A stretch of DNA of 64,000 bases from contig NC_083231.1 of the NCBI RefSeq assembly GCF_032191835.1, forward strand, positions 32,426,001 to 32,490,000, given 5' to 3'. The notes beneath the pieces were generated by a model. The model worked only from the letters and a program-made list of their open reading frames with translations. It was not told the DNA's origin and searched no databases. This DNA comes from Heteronotia binoei. Its lineage: Eukaryota. Within the stretch, counting starts at the first letter, position 1. Every line of letters starts with the position of its first letter. Both the position numbers and the translations under genes were made by a program. This document shows positions 10,625 to 22,219 of the stretch, in pieces.

Positions 10625-10743
10625 GGTGGGTATCCATGTTAGTCTGTCTGTATCAGTAGCACCTTAAACACTAACAAAATTTGTGCGTGACTCACTATTC
10701 TGAAGAAAAGGTCATACCCTGCCACAAATTCTGTTAGTCTTTA
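10625..10743. mobile_element. Penelope-like element remnant (inverted terminal fragments)
   Basis: AGCACCTTAAACACTAACAAAATTTGTG and its near reverse complement CACAAATTCTGTTAGTCTTTA flank a broken CTGAAGA...AAGGTCATACC core. Confidence 0.55.
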
Positions 10744-10872
10744 TTTTATGTTCATATTTAAAGTGGAAGTTCTGTTTACTTCAAAGGGGCTTAATGTACT
10801 TTAGGGGAAATGTCCTAGGCATTGAGCTAATATAATAAAGATTAGCATTTAAGTACCATACTTAAGTATATA

Positions 10873-11166
10873 CCATGCCGCAGAGTGGTAAAGCTGCAGT
10901 ACTGCAGTCGGAGCCCTCTGCTCACGACCTGAGTTCGATCCCAGTGGAAGCTGGTTTCAGGTAGCCGGCTCAAGTTGACTCAGCCTTCCATCCTTCCGAG
11001 GTCGGTAAAATGAGTACCCAGCTTGCTGGGGGAAAAGTGTAGATGACTGGGGAAGGCAATGGCAAACCACTCTGTAAAAAGTCTGCCGTGAAAACATTGT
11101 GAAAGCAACATCATCCCAGAGTCAGAAACGACTGGTGCTTGCACAGGGGACTACCTTTACCTTTTA
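10873..11166 (+). mobile_element. Sauria SINE-like element
   Basis: tRNA-like head, GGTCGGTAAAATGAGTACCCAG, GGCAATGGCAAACCAC and (ACCTTT)n tail; similar copies at 51029 and 58680. Confidence 0.85.
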
Positions 11167-11489
11167 CTATAGAAAAGCTAATCTACATCTACAAATAATT
11201 TTATTATGGTTACCTATGGAAAGAAATTAGATCCAAGTTACAGGAAGATTAAAAGACAGCTAAGGAAAAATAAAGTACAATAAAATGTACATAGGATTCA
11301 AACTTGCCAATTTTTTAATTAGTCCTTGCTCCTGTGACTTTAACCATTATTTAATTTGCAGAAATTTGTTGGTGCTAAACATGTGTGCCAGTATCTGCTG
11401 ATCACCCCCTTATGAGAGGAGCAACATATAAAACATATTTTAAAAAATGTTGATCCTCTAATAAAAACATGTTGCTCCTCTAATATGTA

Positions 11490-12240
11490 TATCTATTTGA
11501 GTTGTAGACTGCCCTCCCCTGTGAGCAGAGCTCAGGGCAGTGAACAACATTTTACTAAACACACTCAAAGTCAAGTGAAAACAATTAAAACAGTAAAACA
11601 ATTTGATGCAATTCCAATTTCAGTTACAGATGGCACTAAGAAACCAATTTATATCCTTACCCCACGGGAGAGAGGAAAGCAGGAGAGTCAGGCTCCATGG
11701 AAAACTGTTGCTGTCCTTAACTGTAGGCGTAATGGGACATCTTAGTCTTACAGGCCCTGTGGAACTGCACTGGGTTCCACAGGGCATAGATGTCATTTGG
11801 CAGAGTTCCACCAGGGAGGTGCAAGGGTCAAAAAAAGCCCTGGCTCTGGTTGAGGACAGCTCGATCTCTTTCAGGTCAGGGATCACCAGAAAGTTATTAT
11901 CCTCAGAGCATGTTGTTTTGGGGGGAATATATCAGGAGAGTCTGTCCCATAGCAGGAACTCCTTTGCATATTAGTCCACACGTCTCTTATGTTGCCAATC
12001 CTTCAAGAGCTTTTAGGGCTCTTCTTACAGGGCCTACCTAAGCTCTTGGAGGATTGGCTACATCAGGGGTGTATGGCTTAATATGCAAAGGAGTTACAAA
12101 AAAAGTCCTGTCCATAGATATGTTGAATCTTGAAGGTTATTATCAAAACCTTGAACCTGATCCGGTGTTCAACCCGGAGCCAGTGTAGCAGGTGAAGAAC
12201 CGTTTGGATGTGTGATATCAATAGGGTCCATTGATCCCTT
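11490..12240 (-). mobile_element. L2-type LINE fragment interrupted by a MITE
   Basis: Minus peptide HIQTVLHLLHWLRVEHRIRFKVLIITFK is typical of the L2 ORF2 C-terminus. Confidence 0.65.
11950..12110. mobile_element. Palindromic hAT-type MITE
   Basis: Arms AGCAGGAACTCCTTTGCATATTAG...GCCAATCC and GGATTGGCTACATC...AATATGCAAAGGAGTT. Confidence 0.7.
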
Positions 12241-12328
12241 TGTGCCCCCCCCCCAAACATATTCATTGCAATTTCAGGTGAGGAACCACTTTTTCTTTCA
12301 TGTCACCTGTCACCTGCTTTTTAACCAG

Positions 12329-12468
12329 TCCCCAGTGGTCCACCTTCAACTACTATTAAGGCATCATCCAACAATGCAAGTGGTGGAGACGATATCAGCA
12401 TTCTGTGCACAGTTTTGGGAGAGCCGGATGTAGAAGTGGAATTTAACTGGATATATCCAGGACAAGAG
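12329..12468 (+). CDS. PDGFRL: PDGF receptor-like protein, penultimate exon
   Basis: 140-nt AG/GT exon, VPSGPPSTTIKASSNNASGGDDISILCTVLGEPDVEVEFNWIYPGQE. Confidence 0.96.
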
Positions 12469-12833
12469 GTAAGCTGCTATTTCTTTTTAAAATTATTTCC
12501 CTTGAAAAAAAAATCCAGATTAAATATGCTACCATAGTGCTAGCAAAGATCTTAAAACAGTGTGTAAACTAACTGCAAACAGAATTGCTCAAGCATTGAA
12601 GAAATTCAGCCAGGACTGGTGCTTGCGCAGGGGATTACCTTTACCTTTAGTGTTGATAATATTGACCTAGCCTATTCCCCCACACACACACACACTTCAT
12701 GTCAAATGACATCTTATGGGAGATCTATGTTCTAATTTCTTACAGGCAGCAGCAACCACTCCTTTCATTTATAAGAACAGCTATGATTCTGTTACTAAAC
12801 TAGCAGCTCAGTCTCTTCCCTTAATTGCTTTGC

Positions 12834-13060
12834 GGGACTGTGGCTCAGTGATAAAGCATCTGCTTGGTAAGCAGAAGGTCCCAGGTTCAATTCCTGGCAT
12901 CTCCAACTAAAAAGGGTCCAGGCAAATAGGCATGAAAAACCTCAGCTTGAGACCCTGGAGAGCCGCTGCCAGTCTGAGTAGACTATGCTGACTTTGATGG
13001 ACCAAGGGTCTGATTCAGTATAAGGCAGCTTCATATGTTCATATACATTCATATGTTTCA
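12834..13060 (+). mobile_element. tRNA-derived SINE (Squam3-like)
   Basis: A/B-box head GGCTCAGTG...GGTTCAATTCC, body GAGACCCTGGAGAGCCGCTGCCAGTC, tail GTATAAGGCAGCTTCATATGTTCATAT. Confidence 0.75.
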
Positions 13061-13145
13061 TGCTATAGCAAAATACTGTTAACTTTATTATGTATTCCCC
13101 ATGCACTTTTATGCTATTTACTGTATTTTGGTGTCTTTCACACAG

Positions 13146-13334
13146 TATGAAAGGCCTGTGATCATCCAAGACACTTGGAGACTGATTGACAGAGGAATTG
13201 GTCACACCACAAGAATCTCAGAGAGTGTGATTACTATAGAAGATTTTGAAACCATTGATGCTGGAAACTATATTTGTATAGCTCAGAACCTTCGAGGACA
13301 GACCACAGTAGCTACCCATGTCGAACTGATATGA
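13146..13334 (+). CDS. PDGFRL: PDGF receptor-like protein, last coding exon
   Basis: Acceptor CACAG, then YERPVIIQDTWRLIDRGIGHTTRISESVITIEDFETIDAGNYICIAQNLRGQTTVATHVELI*. Confidence 0.97.
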   Translation, partial: YERPVIIQDTWRLIDRGIGHTTRISESVITIEDFETIDAGNYICIAQNLRGQTTVATHVELI

Positions 13335-13932
13335 TACATTGAGCTTGAAAGAAAACCAGAACAGGAAATGTATGGCTGGTCTGCTTCTGGCTAGCTTTAA
13401 CACACTGAACTTGGAAGAAAGATTTGTTCCTACTCTTTACATTCCATTCTTTTTGCATACTAGTAGACTCCAGGCTTGTAGTCATAAGATGCTGACAGCT
13501 AGTGCAACACAATGGCTAAACTATGAACTCACATACTATGAACTCACCTTGGTGGCCTCATAGAAGCCATCCTCTTACCTGTAATATTTGTTGTCTTCCC
13601 ACTTGGGGGCAATATAGTGATGTACATTATGGAGTTTGGATGTGAAGATTCTTGAGCTTGTGTCTGTGATGTGTTTTGAGCACTAGAAAGCGCTATATAA
13701 GTATTAATCAGGAGAGTCACCCACTTTAGGAAACAAAAAAAAATCACATTTAATGTGATGGCATCTCTAACAATATTGTTTAATGCAGCCAAAAGGTAGT
13801 TAGCAGAAAAAATACTTCTAATTAAGCAGAACATGAGGGAAGAGGATATAAAATCACTCATGTTCATCTAACAAGGATCTCTGTTGCTGTATGGAAGTCT
13901 ATACTTTTTTCTCCAACAGCATTAGTCATCAA

Positions 13933-14019
13933 AATAAAATGCTTTCCTTGCTGAAACCATAGCATATGAGTTTTAATCTCATAAGTATTCTAGCCTTGTT
14001 TTGTTACATACTAAATAAA
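13933..14019 (+). terminator. Candidate PDGFRL polyadenylation signals
   Basis: AATAAA at 13933-13938 and 14014-14019; usage cannot be determined from sequence. Confidence 0.3.
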
Positions 14020-14071
14020 CTATTTTGCAAGCTTTGAATGTCTGATATTTGTAGAACCTAATACTCTTATA

Positions 14072-14712
14072 TCAATCAATCAATCAACCTTTAATGGCGT
14101 GTAAAAACAGGTTAAAAGAACAAAGGGTTGAGAAACAGAAAATAGGTTAAAATACTGGACATCAGGATTAGACTACATTTACATAAGATCACAGTTAAAT
14201 GGGACAACAAGACTGTTCCTTGTCTTGACGAATCTTTTTGGCCCAGTACAGAAATAAGGCAGTATTTACAGTTATGTCAGGAGTAACATCTTTCAAAAGA
14301 AACTAGACCTTAGCTGGATCAGCCAGACCCATCTTATTTAAAAGAATAGGATCCAAAAATCGACCACGAATACTTAGATAAAAAGGACAATACAGGAGAA
14401 TATGTGAAATGGTTTCAATAGATCCAGACTTACACGGACATAGTCTGGCTGGGTAGGGTATGTTATGATATCTACCATATAGAACTGCTGATGGCATAAC
14501 ATCACATCTTGCCAATGAAAAGGTCCTACGCTGTTGAGGACTTTGCAAAGAATAGAGATAGGAAGCCATATGGCCAACATCAAACGAAAACCCTAGACTC
14601 ACGGGAGAACAAGTTTTATTAGCGGCGCTGTGGAGATTTTGTAATTCAATATCCAGAATTCTGGCTTTAATCATACGAAATGCCTCTGTTTGTGAGAACA
14701 TGGATAATGACT
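14072..14712 (-). mobile_element. 5'-truncated non-LTR retrotransposon with C-terminal CCHC motif (RTE-X-like)
   Basis: Perfect 14-bp TSD CTAATACTCTTATA (14058-14071, 14713-14726); ORF RRTFSLARC...RLCPCKSGSIETISHILLYC; (ATTG)n tail. Confidence 0.8.
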
Positions 14713-15969
14713 CTAATACTCTTATAATGGTCCTTTTATAAAAGCAAAGCAATAGTTACGTCCACTCAACAGTCTTATTCCATGGAATAGCTTACTATTA
14801 GGATTTATCTATACATTGCAAAAGGCACAAGTCATATTACCTACAACTATAGACACATAGGGGGGATTCACCTTTACAAAGGACTCTGCTTGATGGGATC
14901 AAGCACTCGGAGGAAAGAAGAGTGGCTTCAGAGTTCCCTTGTGCTCTGTTTTTGCAAGCAGAAACGGGGGGGGGGGCTGTTTGTGCCTTTATCATTGTCC
15001 TCGTATCCTGTGATTGTGGACATGTGGAGTGTAAAGGGACAAACTGGGCCCTACATGCTTGTAAAAATTATGTGGAAGGGAAGCTGAAGCCCCTCCCTCC
15101 CTCCTTGCAGCCCTCAGAGCCACACCAAGCTATAGAGTGTTTTGTAAAGGTAAGCTCTCTTTATGCATGTGTAGTTGTGAGTGAGAGATCCTGACATGAC
15201 TCATGTCTGTTGTAATGTATACCATAAATCCTTAGATAGCACAGCAAAGCTGTTGACTGATTAATAAAGTATTTCACATTATGATGCCACTTCTACAAGC
15301 ACTGCAAGGAAGTCATACAGCCAAGAAACACCCTTTCCAAGTCCATAGAAGTCATTGGGTTTAGAGTGTAGTTTTGCTTTTAGGATGACAGTTTTTCACT
15401 GCAAACAAAAACCTTCTAACTGCAACACAGCTCAAGTAGCTGAGTGTATAGCTATTCTCCAAATACATATATTGGTCTAGACGGTGCCTACCTCCTCAGT
15501 GAACAGCCAGCCTTCCTTTAAAATCTTCCCAAACTAGAAAGCCACTGTTGCTCAATAAAGAATGAAAATCCTATATAAGCCAATAAATAAGTTTCAATTA
15601 CATTGGCAATATTGTCAACATTTAAATATTTAACAGGGAGGAAACAAACCTCTGATGTCTAGGTACTGAAGTTGACTGGTTAAGATGAAGATGGCACAGG
15701 AGGAAATGTAGTCCTGTTCCTTAAAATGATGGATTGGTTTTAAGCTGATGTTTCAATAAATGTTAGGTACATTTGCCAGTTTCTCTTGATTTTATCTGCT
15801 ACTGTAAGGGCTTCAATGCAAACACACAAAATGGGCAAAAGGGCAGACCGACATGTCTATGATGGATTGTACACAGCTTTGCTTCTTACATATTGATAAT
15901 ATTAGTATGCAGATTATTGGTGATAGTGGAAAATATCATCAAGTTATACTTGACGTATGGCCACCTCAT

Positions 15970-16110
15970 AGGGTTTTCAAGGCAAGAGCCATTCAGAGGT
16001 GGCTTCCCATTGCCTGCCTCTGCATGGCAACTCTGGACTTCCTTGGTGGTCTCCCATCCGAACTAGTGCCAAACCTGCTTAGCTTCTGAGATCTGACAGC
16101 CTGGGTTATA
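15970..16110 (-). mobile_element. 5S-derived SINE (5S-Sauria-like)
   Basis: Reverse 5S head plus GGCAATGGGAAGCCACCTCTGAA segment. Confidence 0.65.
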
Positions 16111-16575
16111 CGTTAGACATATGAGGGCTATATTATACAAGTCAGGGCTATACATTATTACTGATAAAAAAATGTAAATCTATGACACTAATGTCTGTTC
16201 CATTGGCCACAGTCACAATTTACATGTGTCTAAATACAGAAGTTTTTAATTAGCAAGGGTGACACTCATACAAAATGTAACCAATTTAAGGAAAATATTC
16301 ACATTACTCAGGTTGCAAGACTCCCTCATCACTTCCTGATTTGATTTGACAGAGGTTAGTAGACATTTAGAATGCTGACAAATATCACTGCTATTTCCTT
16401 TGATAAATATGAATTGCATTGCTTATTTCACATTTTAACATACAGCTATGTATACATTCTAAGAAAAATATGTATACTAAGGTGTTAGGGCTGCATCATT
16501 AAGGGCTGTGTAGATGCATACACTTCTATATACAGTAGTTTAAAAACTAAATTCTACCTTTCAGAAATCCTAGGG

Positions 16576-17391
16576 CAGGGGTGTTGACCACATTTGTAAG
16601 GAGGGCCGTATCTTACACAAATTGGACTTTGTGGAGCCCGTGTGTCATAAAATGTAATGTGAGGTAGTGGAGTTATAAACTTTATAAAGGATACAGACAA
16701 ACAAATATATGTATTTTAACTTAAAATGCAAACATGCTTAAAACTCTTGCAATATTTTGTTTAAAATGAAAAGGTGTGGAATAGTGGGATTTGGGAATAC
16801 AATTTTTAAAACAAAACATCAAAAAAAACCACAAGGATCACAACAAACTAAAAATATAAAATACTCTTCAGCCTGGGAAAACAAATGGCATTCCAAGCTT
16901 CTTCCTCCACCCCAGGTCTACTCAGCTTGGCAATGGCTCTCCAGAGTAATATCCCCCATTGGCTGTGGCTTCCCTGGTTGGAGTACTTATTAGGTCAGGT
17001 CCATTCAGCAGAGGCAAGATGGTTCAAAGCACTAACCCTTTATTTGCAAGGACACAAGTCCAGGAAGCATAAGCTTTAGCTAGCTATAGGAATTCTGAAA
17101 CTGATCCCCACTCTATTGAAACACACTGCAGCACAAAGTTGCAAGGAAAACATGGAATGGCTTTTCCATTAAGGTCTCTGGGCCCTATCTATCTGGGCAC
17201 ATAGACTTTAATGGAAAATCCATTCCATGCTTTGCTTCCTACTGCAGCTGGCAAAAACAAGGAAGAAAGAGCAGGGAACTTTGTCAGCCTCTGAGCTTCA
17301 AAGAGTGAGGACAAAAGGGAAGATAAAAGAGCCCCACAGGACTTATTAAAGCCCTGGGCAGGCCTGTTCTGTCCCACATTTGACACCCCTG
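16576..17391. mobile_element. Non-autonomous hAT element
   Basis: CAGGGGTGT...ACACCCCTG termini; perfect 8-bp TSD TCCTAGGG (16568-16575, 17392-17399). Confidence 0.85.
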
Positions 17392-18280
17392 TCCTAGGGT
17401 AACAGAACATTTAATCCCAATCCCATACTATTTTGGCTGAGTTGAGGGGGTATGCGAGCAGCTGTACATCACTGTCTCACTACCCCCTTTGTAACCTAAT
17501 AAAGATAATAAGGTCAAGGTACATTCTGTGCCCTCTCTTTATGGTATGGATAACTGATTCACCAAAATGCTTGTGAGAAATTGTCCTTTATTTGGTTTGA
17601 GAAAACAGAAAGCTGGTGAATGTGTCAGTGCTTTATATAAGAAGTCATCTCTCTCATTCATGTATTTATCACTGTGAGAACTTCTAGGCGACAAGGCTCT
17701 TTGGAATTTCTTTCAATGAATATGGTAGTTGTACTTCACCAATAAACTTAACTTTAGCTGCACATTTGCCACAATACAGCAAAGAAGATGTGCCTTTTGA
17801 AGCAACTTTTTGTGCAGGCAGCTGATATATAAGCAGATGGATGTGCATCCCTATCAAACAGCATAGTATTCAACCATGCCCACTGATTGGATGAATGCTT
17901 CATTCCACCAATAGTATGAGCATTGTCTGCTACAGCCACCCAATATCATACATGCTCATGGACAGACCCGGATCTTCCAACTTCCTACTCCAGTTGTTAC
18001 TGAAGAATGCTCTGTTGTAAGAGGCAGGCAAGTCCTTTGATGTAATAACATTTTAAATGTCTGAAAGCCAAGAGATCAGGTGGGAAGAGGAGTCAGTGAC
18101 ATGGTTTCCCAGGTAAATGACCTCCCAGGTTCAAACTTTGCTAGAACAGCATTGAAAATAGTATATGGAAACATTCTGGAAAAAAATCACCAGTCTTGGT
18201 CAACATATACATGACTCCTTTTCCTAATCCACCCTTTCCCCAATGATGCAAGAGTCATATAAACCAGTAGAAAAAAAAGT

Positions 18281-18286
18281 TTTATT
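18281..18286 (-). terminator. Candidate MTUS1 polyadenylation signal
   Basis: Minus-strand AATAAA followed by U-rich sequence, about 2 kb after the stop codon; the intervening region lacks recognisable TEs. Confidence 0.4.
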
Positions 18287-20247
18287 TCAATTTTGAACAC
18301 TCAAGAATACATAACATCAAATTTGTTCTTGCCAAGGAAATAAAATTGCTTGAAGACATACTTCTAAGCCAAGTTTCAGCCCGAAGCGGAATTGTCATGG
18401 TTCTACTCAATTTCTGGACAAGAGTTTATTCAGAAGTGCTGACATCTCTAGCTACAGAGGCAAATACAGTGCCATAAATGGGGTAAGGGCAAGTAAAATG
18501 TTGCACAGGGCAGGCACACTTTATACAGCATGTAAAAATTAAATATTTCATCCTTGTATTTTTCATATTACAGAGTAAATACTTCCATAATTACAGAATA
18601 AGGGTAACTAAAATCTTCCTAATTTAGAGTCAACATTTTTGCATCCTAGACCAAAACATTTGGTTTTAACATTTTACTGTTCAAGTTTAATGATTTCCCT
18701 GGACTCCCTTTTTCCAGTTTTGTGGAAAAGGAAAAAGAAACTCCAATAGTTCTCAAGATTTCCACTGCAAAGTAATAACAGGATACGGCTGTTTGCTAAT
18801 GAGTGGGCTGTTTCACAGCAAAGTAATTATTGATGCATTCTTGGATACTATGACGATGCCTTGTATGCCAAGCACAGCACAATCCCAAAAAAATTATGTT
18901 TGTAGTTAAAAGATCTATGAAATCATAAAAATAAATTTTGACCAGATCATCAACAAGAGAAGACATGCACTATGTCATCTTTAAATCTGTAATATAGTAT
19001 CAAATGTTACATGTGACATGAGCATCTTACAACTTCAGCAATACAATCCAATTTTGTCTTTGTAATAGTGGGGGTGGAGAGCAGAGCAAAGCCTCTTTGT
19101 AGATGAAACTGAAGATGAAGAGTCCTGAAGTCTATTAGAAAAGGCAGGCAAATCTGTTACAGATTACCCAGGTATGGATTTTTCCTTTTAGCCATTAATT
19201 GCAAAAGTGCAAGAAAGTGCAAAATGATAAGTCACTGATCCTGGATTGTTGCTCTTCACAATGCAAGGATTGCATTGGTAGGCATACACAATCTTATTCT
19301 CCTGTTTATTACAGAAACAACACCATCTGAATGTTTTCACCTTCAGTTTGAAAACTGGCAATTTTGGATCAGATCAACCTTCTACAATTGCTATCGCACT
19401 TGGACAAAAGGAGATGCATGTCTGATGTGTACCATTTTAAAAAGAGGGCAGGGGACATTAGCTAGTTCTAATTCCAATATAGTTATCGTGTAAAGTAGGA
19501 AAGCAAAAAAAAAAAAAGGAAGAACATCATTTAAATTATGGTTTAAGAGATTATCAGACTACAGATTTGACTGAAACAGGCAGACACAGACAAAAATCAA
19601 ACAATTGTTTCCTTTCATCCTCTTACTGAACTGAAGAAGAGATTAGGAAGGACCCAAGAGCACAAGTGGCAGCTTTTTCTCAGCCCCAGAGAAGTGAGAA
19701 ACCTTTCATTAAAAAAAAAAATCATGCATACTGAAAATGTTTTATTCATGATATACATGTCACTATATTCTTCAGCTTTCATCCTTTACAATGTACACGG
19801 TGAAGGCGGCCACATCAGACACACTTCATGTGCTACATCCAATCTTTTCACACCACACCCAAAGTCTCAGAAAGGTGCCTACGGTGAGGAACGCGTTAAA
19901 GGTTACGACCATTTATGCATAAGTTCCTGAGCATTTTTTCCCCTATAGTTAGGCAAAAGGCAAAAACGAACAAGACCTTTTCTTGCTCTTTTAAGTGCTT
20001 TGTGCAACAACGTCCAAAAGTTATTACTGAAGTCTTTTAAAAAAAACAACACAAGGAAGAGCATTGGTGAGCCCTACTCCAGAGCTCTACGTATGTTTTA
20101 TACTTGCTCCTCATGACAGCAGTTTCCAGTTACATTTCGACCACATACAGCCAATGTAACTCTTTGCTCCCTCGATTCATGTTTAAGTTCTGCAGACTGC
20201 GGATGAAATGTCAGTACGGAAAGAGTAGCTCCACGCACACAGGGGTG

Positions 20248-20464
20248 TCATCTAGGTGACATGGTTGGGCTGGAGAAGGAGCCAGAATTCCTTGGAGATG
20301 GCAAAGGCATTGGTGGGGTGGTAGGGGACAGTGATCTTCGGCTGCACAGGTCACCATTGTGTAGCTTCCACAGAAGTTCCTCATTTTCCATTGACAGACG
20401 TTTATTTACTTTGGATTCTTTCTCCAGGGATTCTTGCAAAACTGCCTGCTCAGTGGAAAGTTGT
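20248..20464 (-). CDS. MTUS1: Microtubule-associated scaffold protein 1, last coding exon
   Basis: Acceptor CCCCCAG, then [40 protein letters not shown]...SPR*; near-identical to the recalled MTUS1 C-terminus. Confidence 0.97.
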
Positions 20465-20499
20465 CTGGGGGAAAAAAAAGGATGAGGGAGTGGAGAAGA

Positions 20500-20830
20500 C
20501 GATGCTCCTATATGTACTATCTTACCATCCCACGTTATTGCAGAACTTTTTTGTTTGCAAGACTGAACATTGTACCTACAATGGTTTTGCAAGGGAGATT
20601 TTTGAACAGGCCCTACACTAATAGAATTTGCCCTTGTAGTCTTAACAGGATTGATACAAGCTTTCACACTCGGCTGGAATGCAGATTTTTTTTTTTTGAG
20701 ATTATGATACTCCGAAAACCCTGGCTCTTTTGTTCAGTGATAAGAATTCTAAGAACACTCCAGCAACTGCAAAATTTGTTTCAGTCCTTATACCCCTTGC
20801 ATAAAACCCCCCAACAAAATAAGTGTCTTC
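20500..20830 (+). mobile_element. Decayed RTE-X-like LINE fragment in MTUS1 last intron
   Basis: Peptide [21 protein letters not shown]...[20 protein letters not shown] aligns with the CCHC region of 14072-14712. Confidence 0.55.
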
Positions 20831-21282
20831 CGCTGTTCAAGATTTGTTAATCAATGAGCTTCTAAGGGTACGAAAGGAAACGAGGAAGAAGCCACAAACT
20901 TATTTTCTAGCTTTGGAGTGAGTAGTATGCCACCCAACCGCTTGGCCCCTAAGTAGCAGTTTCCCACAGGAAGTTGTAAGCTGTGAAACACTCACTCTTT
21001 TTTGGGTTCCAAGTACCCCTTGAGGCTACGAAGATGAGGAGGGGGAACAAGAGCTCCTTAGCCTGCTGTGCCACAGACCTGATCAAGATCAGGCCCTTGA
21101 GGCATTTTAAAATCACTTTAAAGTGGTGACAACTTTCTCACCATATATACGAAGATGCCGACAGATCTAGCTGGCCCTTAAACAGAACATTCTCTCTTCT
21201 GCTTGAACACACATTCCTGACCATTTATGAGCTATTGGGATTTCACTAGTACTCCCAACTTGTACTTCTAGCAGAAGTAGAA

Positions 21283-21428
21283 TTCTAGCAGGAGCTCCTT
21301 TGCATATTAGGCCACACACCCCTGATGTAGCCAATCCCACCCTCTCCACAAGACTTTTTTGTAAGCTCTTAGAGGATTAGCTACATCAGGGGGTGTGGCC
21401 TAATATGCAAAGGCGCTCCCGCTAGACT
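21283..21428. mobile_element. Palindromic hAT-type MITE
   Basis: About 50-bp inverted arms CTAGCAGGAGCTCCTTTGCATATTAGGCC...; same family as 11950. Confidence 0.75.
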
Positions 21429-21646
21429 CTTGAGAAAGTCCCACAGAGATGGGTGGAAAGTGTTCCTGAGCCCTTGGGGAAGCTGCTCTTGCCACTTGCC
21501 AAGGGGCTGGGTCTTGTTTATTTCGACTGAAGCCCTCACCTTTTCGTGCAGGCTCAGAGAAGCTCATGACATTCCTTTTCACTCAGCCTATTTCCATGAG
21601 CATACTGCAGCTGTTGCACATGGTAATTAATTTCTCTTTAAATTAC

Positions 21647-21744
21647 CTCGAAAGCTCCATGTGTTTGTCCATTCGAGCTTTTAATTCCTCATTCTCCTGC
21701 TGAAGCTTCCTCCATTTCTCCCCTAAGGCTGTGTTGTTTTCCAC
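21647..21744 (-). CDS. MTUS1: MTUS1 exon
   Basis: 98-nt AG/GT exon, [32 protein letters not shown](R). Confidence 0.96.
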
Positions 21745-21792
21745 CTGGAAGAGAAAAAAAATTGCAAATACGAATTATTTAATATACATATG

Positions 21793-21981
21793 TAGGGCTT
21801 TTTTTTTTGTAGAAAAAGCCCAGCAGGAAATCATTTGCATATTAGGTCACGCCCCTGACATCACCATTGTTTCACATAGGGCTTTTTATAGAAAAGGCCC
21901 AGCAGGAACTCATTTGCATATTAGGCCATACCCCCAATGCCAATCCAGCCAGAACTGCGTTCCTGCTCAAAAAAAGCCCTG
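21793..21981 (+). mobile_element. hAT-type MITE (AGGGCTTTTTTT termini)
   Basis: Perfect 8-bp TSD TACATATG (21785-21792, 21982-21989); two internal repeats, each containing ATTTGCAT. Confidence 0.85.
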
Positions 21982-22219
21982 TACATATGAAAGCGAAATC
22001 AGGTTGCTGTATTATGCCATTATATTGAACTCAAAAGTAAATGTAACTCAAACGTTTTGCTATTTCTTCACCCATAAAAATGTTATTGATCTGTTATAGG
22101 TATAAGCTGGTAAGTGCTGTAAAAGTGCAGCTGATCAGTAGCAGAATGATAACATCTACACACACGCGCACAGGGGGGGAAACTAGAATTTGCATGCATA
22201 AGATGATACCTTACAGATA

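Noticed and set aside
8323-13060. 5S rRNA-like and tRNA-like sequences as RNA genes
   Set aside because: They are diverged, truncated and fused to SINE bodies and tails; no complete cloverleaf or full 5S sequence.
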